From Dehalococcoidia bacterium (GTDB taxonomy: Bacteria > Chloroflexota > Dehalococcoidia > Lucifugimonadales > Lucifugimonadaceae): DNA of 64,000 nt. How positions within the stretch are numbered: position 1 is the stretch's first letter; each line of letters opens with the position of its first letter. Positions 40,580 through 48,562 of the stretch are shown one piece after another. Location of the stretch: positions 87,044 to 151,043 of the forward strand of contig CBDBCK010000027.1 of NCBI GenBank assembly GCA_965203345.1, written 5' to 3'. The position numbers and the translations under genes are program-made. The notes under the pieces are model-generated. The model was given only the letters and a program-made list of their open reading frames with translations, was not told where the DNA came from and ran no database searches.

Positions 40580-41863
40580 ATGTTGGACTATATAGCGGTA
40601 GGCGTTAATATAAAGACTGCGCCTTTGGAGGTGTTGGAACGGCTGTCCGTACCGCCTCACGAACTGCGAGAAGTGCACGAACTTCTGTGCATGGAGTCCG
40701 GTTCAGGAGTGCTGATTTCGACCTGTAACCGCGCCGAAGTTTACTCAGTGTCCGATAGTTCCGGACTGGACGTCAAAGAGCGTATGCTGAAGGAGTATCT
40801 GGACGACCTGTCGTTGCGCCGTTCACTGGATACTGAAGAGAAGGCAAGTGCGTCCCAGTATGCCTTCTCAATATCGGGAAAGGCGGCGGTGGAAAGGCTA
40901 TTTCGCGTTATAGCTGGCCTGGAATCGGTAGCGATAGGCGAGACTCAGGTTATGGGGCAGGTTGTGAGGTCCCTCCGGGCGGCGGGAGAGGCGAGATCCG
41001 TAGAGCCCGCCCTTTCACGTCTGTTTCACGCTGCGTTGCGAACGGGACGACACATCCACTACAAGACAGCTCTCGGACGCCGACAAACGTCAGTGCCCGC
41101 GTTAGGCGTCCGTATGCTTATGGACAAGGACCTGGTTGAAGGTTCAAGCGTCTTACTGTTGGGCGCAGGTGAAACCGGACGGCTCGCGGCTTTAGCTCTG
41201 CGACGTTCAGGCGTCAGAAGTATAACTATAGCTAGCCGCAGGGAGTATAAGGCGGCGCTTCTGGCAGAAGAGCTGGAGGGAAAGACGGTACGGTTTGAGG
41301 ACAGGGCAGAGGCGTTGAGAGAGGTGGACATCCTCGTAACTTGCACCGCTGCTTCAGAACCCGTAATCTGCGGTTCACACGTCAAATCGGCAATCGAAAA
41401 TCGCCCGGAGAGACGGCTTGCAGTCCTCGATCTGGGTATGCCGCGCGACGTAGATCCGAAGGCGGAAGAGATATCTGGCGTAACTCTTCTCACTATAGAG
41501 CGACTGCGTTCCACTATGGACGCCTTGACGCCGGAAGAGCGGGAGACTATTACCCAGGCGGAAGCGATTATAAATGAAGGCATAAGGCGGTTTGATACCC
41601 AGTCAGGCCTGGCGTCAAGTGAGCAGGCAAGGAAGGCGCTGTACCTTCACGCGGAGGAAGTTCGGAGGAAAGAGGTGGACTTCACCGTGCGGAGGCTTGG
41701 AGATTTGACCGATCGTCAGATAGAGCATATAGACGTTATGACGCGTGCCATAGTTAAGAAACTAATGGTGGAACCTGCTAATCTCATGGCGGCGCGTTCG
41801 GAACCGAAGACAGACCAGATCAGCGACTATCTGCAGACGCTGAATATAGGCTCTTTGGAATGA
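40580..41863 (+). CDS. hemA: Glutamyl-tRNA reductase
   Basis: ISTCNRAEVYSV active-site block and NADPH-binding LLLGAGETG. The start is set at Met52 of the listed ORF (ATG 40580, AGGAG at 40572-40576). The upstream 51 codons look non-coding. Confidence 0.9.
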   Translation: MLDYIAVGVNIKTAPLEVLERLSVPPHELREVHELLCMESGSGVLISTCNRAEVYSVSDSSGLDVKERMLKEYLDDLSLRRSLDTEEKASASQYAFSISGKAAVERLFRVIAGLESVAIGETQVMGQVVRSLRAAGEARSVEPALSRLFHAALRTGRHIHYKTALGRRQTSVPALGVRMLMDKDLVEGSSVLLLGAGETGRLAALALRRSGVRSITIASRREYKAALLAEELEGKTVRFEDRAEALREVDILVTCTAASEPVICGSHVKSAIENRPERRLAVLDLGMPRDVDPKAEEISGVTLLTIERLRSTMDALTPEERETITQAEAIINEGIRRFDTQSGLASSEQARKALYLHAEEVRRKEVDFTVRRLGDLTDRQIEHIDVMTRAIVKKLMVEPANLMAARSEPKTDQISDYLQTLNIGSLE

Positions 41864-43143
41864 GCGCGCCTGATCGCAACTCTTCCTTCTTTGAACGTTC
41901 ACTGAGGCTTATGCCTGGAGGCGTGAACAGCCCCGCCCGTTCCTGGCGCGCCGTCGGAGGAGTTCCCCGTTTCATCGCCAAAGGTAAGGGAGCTCACGTG
42001 TGGGACGTTGAGGGCAAACGGTTTGTGGACTATGTCTGTTCATGGGGGGCGATGATACATGGACACTGTCCCGAAGAGGTGACGGAGGCTATCGCGGAGG
42101 CCGCGGCTTGCGGTACGAGCTTTGGCGCACCCACGGAAAGGGAAGCGGTGCTCGCGGAGCTGATAATTGACGCTGTGCCGTCCATTGAGATGGTGCGATT
42201 CGTCAATTCTGGTACAGAGGCAACTATGTCTGCCCTTAGACTCGCAAGAGCTTTTACGGGAAGGGATAAGATACTCAAGTTTTCCGGAGGGTATCACGGA
42301 CACTCGGACTCTCTTTTGGTTGAAGCGGGCTCAGGACTTGCCTCCCACGCAGTGGTGTCGTCCGCGGGGGTTCCCCACTCGTTCGCTCTGGAGACCCTCG
42401 TTGCTCCATACAACAATATAGAGGCGGCGGAGCATATCTTTGAAGCCAATAAAGGCGAGGTTGCAGCCGTCATAGTTGAGCCGATAGCCGGTAATATGGG
42501 GATAGTCCGCCCCGTGGAAGGGTTCCTGGAAGGGTTGCGGCGGCTAACTCTGGAGCATGGCGCCTTGCTCATTTTTGATGAGGTCATAACCGGCTTCAGG
42601 GTTGGATGGGGAGGAGTGCAGGGAGAGACGGGCATTCAGCCAGATATCACCTGTTTAGGTAAGATAGTGGGAGGCGGATTCCCTATAGGCGCATATGGAG
42701 GAAGGGCTGACGTTATGCAGAAGGTGTCTCCCTTGGGGGATATGTATCAGGCGGGCACACTTTCCGGCAACCCCGTGGCTATGGCGGCTGGTATCGCTTC
42801 TCTCAATATGCTTAAAAAGCCAGGCGTATACGATGAGCTCCAAAGTAAAACGGACGCCATAACGGAAGGCGTAGCTTCAGTCCTGTCAAGGGCTGAAATA
42901 AAGTTCCGTATAAACTCTATGCGAGGAGCGTTCACCATCTTCTTTTCACCCGGGGAAGTAACCGATATGGACTCGGCGGCGGGAGCGGATATGGAGGGTT
43001 TCGGAAGATTCTTTCACAAGATGATAGAGCAGGGGATACATCCGCCGCCTTCAGGTTTTGAGGCGTGGTTCGTGTCGTTGGCTCACTCAGACCAGGACAT
43101 ACAGCAGACAATAGAGTCTGTGGAAAAGTGTGTCGACTTTTAA
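41860..43143 (+). CDS. hemL: Glutamate-1-semialdehyde 2,1-aminomutase
   Basis: MPGGVNSPAR, LIFDEVITGFRVGWGG and a PLP-lysine region (LGKIVGGGFP). 4-nt overlap with hemA. Confidence 0.95.
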   Translation: MSAPDRNSSFFERSLRLMPGGVNSPARSWRAVGGVPRFIAKGKGAHVWDVEGKRFVDYVCSWGAMIHGHCPEEVTEAIAEAAACGTSFGAPTEREAVLAELIIDAVPSIEMVRFVNSGTEATMSALRLARAFTGRDKILKFSGGYHGHSDSLLVEAGSGLASHAVVSSAGVPHSFALETLVAPYNNIEAAEHIFEANKGEVAAVIVEPIAGNMGIVRPVEGFLEGLRRLTLEHGALLIFDEVITGFRVGWGGVQGETGIQPDITCLGKIVGGGFPIGAYGGRADVMQKVSPLGDMYQAGTLSGNPVAMAAGIASLNMLKKPGVYDELQSKTDAITEGVASVLSRAEIKFRINSMRGAFTIFFSPGEVTDMDSAAGADMEGFGRFFHKMIEQGIHPPPSGFEAWFVSLAHSDQDIQQTIESVEKCVDF

Positions 43144-43195
43144 ATATATTAGCGATAATATTATTCTGAAGATTCTCCTTCAAGCGGAAATAAGC

Positions 43196-43855
43196 TCATA
43201 GATTTTCGGAAAGGAATCTTCCGACGCCTTCCATCATTGCTTTGACATCTTCTAAAGTATAGTCATCAAACTTTCCATGGACGGCACTATCCCTGATTGC
43301 TTTCCATGCTTGAATTTGTCTCTGTGTAAACCTGTTATAAACCTTTGCATCAGCAAGTTTTGTATTTAGTGATCCAATATCGTCATTACTTTTTACTGGA
43401 AGACTGTTCTTAGCGGAAATTTTTCTAAGGCCGTCTTCCAGAACAGCACCAATCAGAGACGCCGCGGGATCTTTATAGCCAGCTTCTAATAGGTGCTGAG
43501 TCATATCCAAGAAATCAGTAAATATCTCAGTAAGGACAAGGTCTTTAATCTGATCTAGGAAACCAAGCTCTAAATCCTCTTTTAACGCCTTCAAAATACC
43601 AATGCCAACACTCAAATGACTCGTATACCCTTGCCTGACAAGGTTGAGAAAATTTTCGTGGTAATGACTATCTTTCCCAACAACCCTTATAATCAAATTT
43701 TCCACACCGACTTTCCACTCAAAAAATTCTTCGTCACTCAGAGTAGGAAAACTACTCCTTCCTGGAGGATTAGGCGTGTCAGTTTTTCTAACCACCTCAG
43801 CTTTGGATAATAATTGATCTATGCGTTCGATAAGTTTGTCTTGCAACGTTGCCAA
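43196..43855 (-). CDS. Hypothetical protein with a C-terminal HEPN-like (Rx4H) helical domain
   Basis: R188-DSAV-H193 (nt 43277-43294) lies in a predicted helical C-terminal half (AASLIGAVLEDGLRKI...QAWKAIRDSAVHGKF...AMMEGVGRF). AT-rich gene, 19 nt downstream of the RM fusion gene. Confidence 0.5.
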   Translation of the reverse strand: MATLQDKLIERIDQLLSKAEVVRKTDTPNPPGRSSFPTLSDEEFFEWKVGVENLIIRVVGKDSHYHENFLNLVRQGYTSHLSVGIGILKALKEDLELGFLDQIKDLVLTEIFTDFLDMTQHLLEAGYKDPAASLIGAVLEDGLRKISAKNSLPVKSNDDIGSLNTKLADAKVYNRFTQRQIQAWKAIRDSAVHGKFDDYTLEDVKAMMEGVGRFLSENL

Positions 43856-43874
43856 TGTACGTTATCCTCTCAAG

Positions 43875-46800
43875 TTATTTTGAAGACGCTTCTTCAACCG
43901 TTTTGATTTCCTCTGCCGTGAGACCGTAGAGGTTGTAGACAAGCTGGTCTATCTCTTTTTCGTATTCGCGGACTTCTGCTTGCTGGGCTGTGTTTCCTAA
44001 GTAGTCGTCTTCTTCGGTACTAGAAAGAATTTTATTGACTAGATTAATTATGATTTTCCTTTCATTTTCTGAAATATCTGGGACAGGGAGATTGTTTATC
44101 ATGTCAGGTGTGAAGGTTATACCCTGGTTATAACTAGATGCAGGATACCTCTCTTTTATATATAAAATTGGTAGGTTGCTATTTAGGAGACCAAGCAAAA
44201 ATTTTAATTCTGTAATGTCTTGGTTGACCACAACAAGTGTGGGTATACCGGGGATAGTAGAACCATCTTGATCTAAACATACATCAAGCAGATTTAGCCC
44301 TTTTATAATTAATTTCGGCTGTAGCGACCTTCGAGAGTACAATGAATTCTGGAAAATTTCTAAGAACCTAGTTTTACTAACTACAGGTTGCTTATAACTG
44401 TTTCTAAGATATGTCATTCTTCGGGTTCCCCACTTACTGTAGTATTTGCCTATAGTACCAGTGTTTACAACCTTGAGATTTTCAGAGTCAAGTGCAGATC
44501 CTTGGAGTTCTTTTATTAATGGTCTAAGTTGATAAGCATCATTTGTAGCACAAGCGTTCTGACAAGTGGCAATATCAGATAAAGTTGCTTTAAAACGCTC
44601 AAGCTTTCGTATAAAATTCAATGAACTTGAAAACAAATAATCAAATGTGAACGGTGTGGATAGCGAAATTTTAGCGACAGTTCTCATTAATTGAAATTTC
44701 CCATTCTCAAATTCTAAAATTTCTACATTAGTTTTATCTCCACTACTGAAAAGAGAAACAATTGAGTCAACACTTGCATCTTCAAACACTCTTCTTCCAG
44801 CTTTCATAAGGATTGATATTTTCCCAATGGTGGCAGTTCTAAACTCTTTTCCAAATGGTCTGGATAACCATTTATCAGGGGTTATGAATGTTAAGACACT
44901 ATTATTGTTCATTAATCGAAAGCCAATTTCGAAAAAGGCGATGTACATATCCCAACTACCTCTAGTCCAAATAAAAGTTTCTCTGATACGCTTACGTAAA
45001 TGGGCTTGTTCTCCATTACTCATATCTCTTGAATTAACATACGGCGGATTGGCTATCACCACATCAAACCCTTTCTTTTCGTGGAACACTTCCGAGAAGT
45101 ACACTTCAAAATCAAAGTCCTTGTGGCCGTTGGTGATTTTGCTGATGAGATCGTCAATTTGCTTTTTGTATTGCTGCTTTTTTTCCGCGCTGGTTTCATT
45201 GAAGTACAGCGGCTTCAATTCCTCCAGCTCACCGAACAAGTCATTATTCAGAATATCTCTCTTTACACTCAAAAGCGAGTTGCCCTGCACGATTTTGTAA
45301 TCCAGATTAGGCAGAGGCTGAATGGTCTCGCGTTCCTCTTCGTCCACAACCAGTGACAGCCATAAACGCAGCTTGGCGATTTCCACGGCACTGGGGTCAA
45401 TGTCCACACCATACAGGCAATTTTGAATCGCCTGTCGTTTGAAGTGATAGGGGCTGCGCGCTCCATTCTCACCAATGTAAGGGGTAAGCGCGTTTCTCAC
45501 CCCGATGATCTCGTTCATCATACCCACCGGAAACGCACCTGATCCAACAGCCGGATCACAAACGCGAATTCCCGCAAGCTGCCGGTCAATGAACTTGGCT
45601 TGATCGCGTACACCTTGAGGCAGTTTAAAGGAATATCTTTCTGTCTCACGGCCTTCGTCTATTATACGACTGTCGTGTTCTACCACGGACTCGCCGTGTT
45701 TGATAAGCTTTTCAATGTCTTCTTTACTCACTTTACCATCCAGTTCAATCACTAGATAGTTGATCAGGCTTTCTTGGCACATGTAATGGACGATCTCGCG
45801 CGGGGTATAGTAGGTGCCTTTGGACTTGCGATCTTTCACCTCCAAGAGATTTTCAAAGACCTTGCCGAGCATCTCTGGATCAACTGCCACTTCCTTTTCC
45901 AGAGGCTCGTCTTCTTTGACGGTAAAGTTGTAACGGTCAAAAACATCCAAGACCCCATCGCCGAGGTCACCTTCTTTCGTTTTATTGCCATTAGAGAATA
46001 GTTTATTTGGAATAAGAATGTCTGTATTTACCCAGTCGTAATCATTAATAGGATCAAATAGACCTCCATTCAAAAAAGGAATACGACATTTAAATCGGCT
46101 GTAGTAGTCATCCGAACGTTCCAATCGTAAAGCTTCGTAGAACAACGGTTCAAAAATATCATTAAAGAAATTCACATAATCTCCATGTTTCTTGTTAAAA
46201 AGCTCCCGCAAAAAGTGTTTTGCGCCGGAACCCCATGGTTCGCCGCGCCTTACGCCAAACCAGCCTTTCTTCTGCAAGAAGTAGAGGAAGATGATCTGCC
46301 CGAGGAATTTCTTGGTAAAGTCCGCAGTATCAATATCTTTCTTTTCAAAATCAGCCTTAATTTTAGCGTCTTTTTTAACAATTTCGTCAAGCGATTCCTT
46401 AAGTCCAACGAAAAGGTTTCGGTACCTTTCAAAGAACTCCTTGGTAACGGTTTCAACGCCGAAAGCTTCTTCTAAATTTTCAAGAAACGGTGATTCATCA
46501 TCCTCACGCAAGAGTGGTATAAGCCGGCTCTGTGCTGTGTGGCTGTTTTCGTTTTCGCCGACCAAAAATGAATAGCGGCGGGCGGGGGTGAATTTCTCTT
46601 CCACCTTGCCACTCTCGTTGAATGTGTATTCCATCTTCACAAAGGAAAACCGCCAGTCGGCACTGTCTGGCGCAACAAATGCCGCGAGCGCCGCGTCTTT
46701 CATGTCGCGCTGTTTGAGATAATCGGCGACAAAGTTCCGCAAAGAAGCTCTTGCTCTTTCAATAGAGTTTGCTTTCTGCAAATAGACAATCAGCAGGTCG

Positions 46801-47012
46801 GTTTTTCTGTCTTCCGAATCCGTATAAGTACCTAATCTTTCATATGTCTTGATAGTATTTTTGAACTTTTCTTTTATATAACCCCTGCTGTGAAAGGCTT
46901 TCTCTTCATCAAATCTATTCAGGATATTTTTAAGTAAATAGACAAAGAGATCTTTGTCAAAAGGCCTCTGTAAGGTCTCCTGAACAAGTTTTTTTGCGGC
47001 GACGGTATCCAT
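43875..47012 (-). CDS. Type IIG / Eco57I-family restriction-modification fusion protein (gamma-class N6-adenine DNA methyltransferase with a TaqI-like C-terminal specificity domain)
   Basis: GTYYTPREIVHYM, motif I CDPAVGSGAFP and motif IV VIANPPYV. C-terminal LLGLLNSNLPILYIK...QLVYNLYGLTAEEIKTVE tail is typical of this family. 1045 aa. Confidence 0.85.
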   Translation of the reverse strand: MDTVAAKKLVQETLQRPFDKDLFVYLLKNILNRFDEEKAFHSRGYIKEKFKNTIKTYERLGTYTDSEDRKTDLLIVYLQKANSIERARASLRNFVADYLKQRDMKDAALAAFVAPDSADWRFSFVKMEYTFNESGKVEEKFTPARRYSFLVGENENSHTAQSRLIPLLREDDESPFLENLEEAFGVETVTKEFFERYRNLFVGLKESLDEIVKKDAKIKADFEKKDIDTADFTKKFLGQIIFLYFLQKKGWFGVRRGEPWGSGAKHFLRELFNKKHGDYVNFFNDIFEPLFYEALRLERSDDYYSRFKCRIPFLNGGLFDPINDYDWVNTDILIPNKLFSNGNKTKEGDLGDGVLDVFDRYNFTVKEDEPLEKEVAVDPEMLGKVFENLLEVKDRKSKGTYYTPREIVHYMCQESLINYLVIELDGKVSKEDIEKLIKHGESVVEHDSRIIDEGRETERYSFKLPQGVRDQAKFIDRQLAGIRVCDPAVGSGAFPVGMMNEIIGVRNALTPYIGENGARSPYHFKRQAIQNCLYGVDIDPSAVEIAKLRLWLSLVVDEEERETIQPLPNLDYKIVQGNSLLSVKRDILNNDLFGELEELKPLYFNETSAEKKQQYKKQIDDLISKITNGHKDFDFEVYFSEVFHEKKGFDVVIANPPYVNSRDMSNGEQAHLRKRIRETFIWTRGSWDMYIAFFEIGFRLMNNNSVLTFITPDKWLSRPFGKEFRTATIGKISILMKAGRRVFEDASVDSIVSLFSSGDKTNVEILEFENGKFQLMRTVAKISLSTPFTFDYLFSSSLNFIRKLERFKATLSDIATCQNACATNDAYQLRPLIKELQGSALDSENLKVVNTGTIGKYYSKWGTRRMTYLRNSYKQPVVSKTRFLEIFQNSLYSRRSLQPKLIIKGLNLLDVCLDQDGSTIPGIPTLVVVNQDITELKFLLGLLNSNLPILYIKERYPASSYNQGITFTPDMINNLPVPDISENERKIIINLVNKILSSTEEDDYLGNTAQQAEVREYEKEIDQLVYNLYGLTAEEIKTVEEASSK

Positions 47013-47159
47013 ATAAGCTGTTCTCAGGGATTGGGACGATAAACAGAATGCAGAATTTGCCCAGCGACTACCTCAGTCTGGGGTCGTGAATTTGTGACCA
47101 GTTTTAGGTTGGAGCGATTAACCATAGTTATTGAAGTAAATCATCAACGTTTGTTTTGC

Positions 47160-47249
47160 TGGCGGAGAGGACAGGATTCGAACCTGCGGTGCGCTTACGC
47201 GCACACACGCTTTCCAAGCGTGCCCATTAAGCCGCTCTGGCACCTCTCC
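47160..47249 (-). tRNA. tRNA-Ser (anticodon GGA), long variable arm, CCA encoded
   Basis: Minus strand reads GGAGAGG-TG-CCAGAGCGGCTTAATGG-GCACGC-TTGGAAA-GCGTG-TGTGCGCGTAAGCGCAC-CGCAGGTTCGAATCCTGT-CCTCTCC-G-CCA. Confidence 0.9.
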
Positions 47250-47474
47250 GACGTAACGAGGGGCGTAAATTTCGTTTGCATTGTACTACCGCCGTTTATC
47301 GTGGCCGCGGCAGTACAATATTAACCCTTTACGCGAACCTGCTTTGAACAAAACAACTGAGGTTGCGCGCTTCGGGAGTGGTCCGCTACTTCACTCCTCC
47401 CAAAAGGCTCGCAAGTGAAGTATAGCATTGTAGCTCTTTACGTTTGCCTCACCTGTCCTGTGTGCGTACTAACT

Positions 47475-47777
47475 TTACTCCCTTACGCTTTCTTTATTAT
47501 CAAACCACTTTAATGCATTTGGTCTCCGGTGTGGACATCCCGGCCAGCAGCACGGCCGCCGCTTGCCTTTCCGCAAATCTTCAGAGAGACGCTTGAGGTG
47601 TTCCTCGCGTGTTTCTACTTTTTTTACAATGGTCACCCAGCAAATCCATTCATTGCGGGCAAGAGGCGTTAATCCATTCCATAATTCCAGGAGATCGGGG
47701 TTGGATTTCTTCTGAAGAATCTCTTGAAGGTCTTTTGGTACTGTGTGGTTTACACCGCTGGAAATTTTTGTTGTCAT
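47475..47777 (-). CDS. YdeI/OmpD-associated (OmdA) family protein
   Basis: ...WNGLTPLARNEWICWVTIVKKVETREEHLKRLSEDLRKGKRRPCCWPGCPH matches the recalled YdeI C-terminal pattern. The start is taken at the second Met (MTTKISSG). Confidence 0.65.
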   Translation of the reverse strand: MTTKISSGVNHTVPKDLQEILQKKSNPDLLELWNGLTPLARNEWICWVTIVKKVETREEHLKRLSEDLRKGKRRPCCWPGCPHRRPNALKWFDNKESVRE

Positions 47778-47794
47778 ACGTAAATCATAATAAA

Positions 47795-48201
47795 TCAAAG
47801 AGCATCCATTGGCATGAATACGCTTTGCAATATCCTGGCGCACTCTCGTAGACGGTGTTGGAACCAGGATCCGTCTGATTCCATCATCTCATCCATCGCT
47901 ACCTGCATTTCTTCCCAGGACGGGCGGTTGATGTACTTTGCAATTGACCATTTGTGACCAAATGGGTCGAGTATTTGTCCTGTTCTATTTCCGTAAAACT
48001 GGTCTTCTACTGGCATCAGCAGTTTTGCGCCTTGCTGTATTGCCTTTTCCACTACCGCGTCTGGGTCATCAACGTAAACGTTAAATCCAACGGATTTTAG
48101 ATACGAAACAAGCCGATTTTTTGGCAAAGAACCCTGACTTTCACAAACTGCCGCGCCTGTGACGGGGCCATCCGCCCTCTTTTTGGAAGTAGAAGTTACA
48201 T
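47795..48201 (-). pseudogene. VOC (glyoxalase/bleomycin-resistance, PhnB-like) gene lacking its 5' third; the reading frame runs into tRNA-Ser(CGA)
   Basis: The C-terminal VOC half is intact (FNVYVDDPDAVVEKAIQQGAKLLMPVEDQFYGNRTGQILDPFGHKWSIA). The only in-frame ATG lies inside the tRNA gene, and the expected N-terminal beta-alpha-beta module is absent. Confidence 0.5.
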
Positions 48202-48291
48202 TGGCGGAGAGGGCGGGATTCGAACCCGCGATGCACAGATGCACATACCGGTTTTCGAAACCGGCGCCTTAAGCCGCTCAGCCACCTCTCC
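48202..48291 (-). tRNA. tRNA-Ser (anticodon CGA), long variable arm, CCA encoded
   Basis: Minus strand reads GGAGAGG-TG-GCTGAGCGGCTTAAGGC-GCCGGT-TTCGAAA-ACCGG-TATGTGCATCTGTGCAT-CGCGGGTTCGAATCCCGC-CCTCTCC-G-CCA. Confidence 0.9.
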
Positions 48292-48562
48292 CGATATTGA
48301 GTATAGCGCGACGCTATTAGAATGTTATATTGTTAAATATATGAGTCATTCGGTGTTGCTCAAGTTTGGCTATGTTGTGCGTAAGCATGGACTGCCTTCG
48401 GAGCGTGCACTCAAAGCGTGCCTCCCACCGAATTTTCATATGCTATACAGGCTGAACGTAAGATTAGCATATATACATACTTCTGTTTGGGCTTCTTTAT
48501 AGAAGCTTCTATGACGCGCGCTGAATCTATCTACGGCTTTCTGTATACCCGTTTGCGTTTAG

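Noticed and set aside
43144-43195. Direct repeat of the tRNA-Ser(GGA) 3' end (att site) at the hemL-proximal border of the RM/HEPN islet
   Set aside because: By eye, the border sequence (ATATATTAGCGATAATATTATTCTGAAGATTCTCC...) has no match to TGGCGGAGAGGACAGGATTCGAACC. No integrase is present, so integrase-mediated insertion cannot be claimed.
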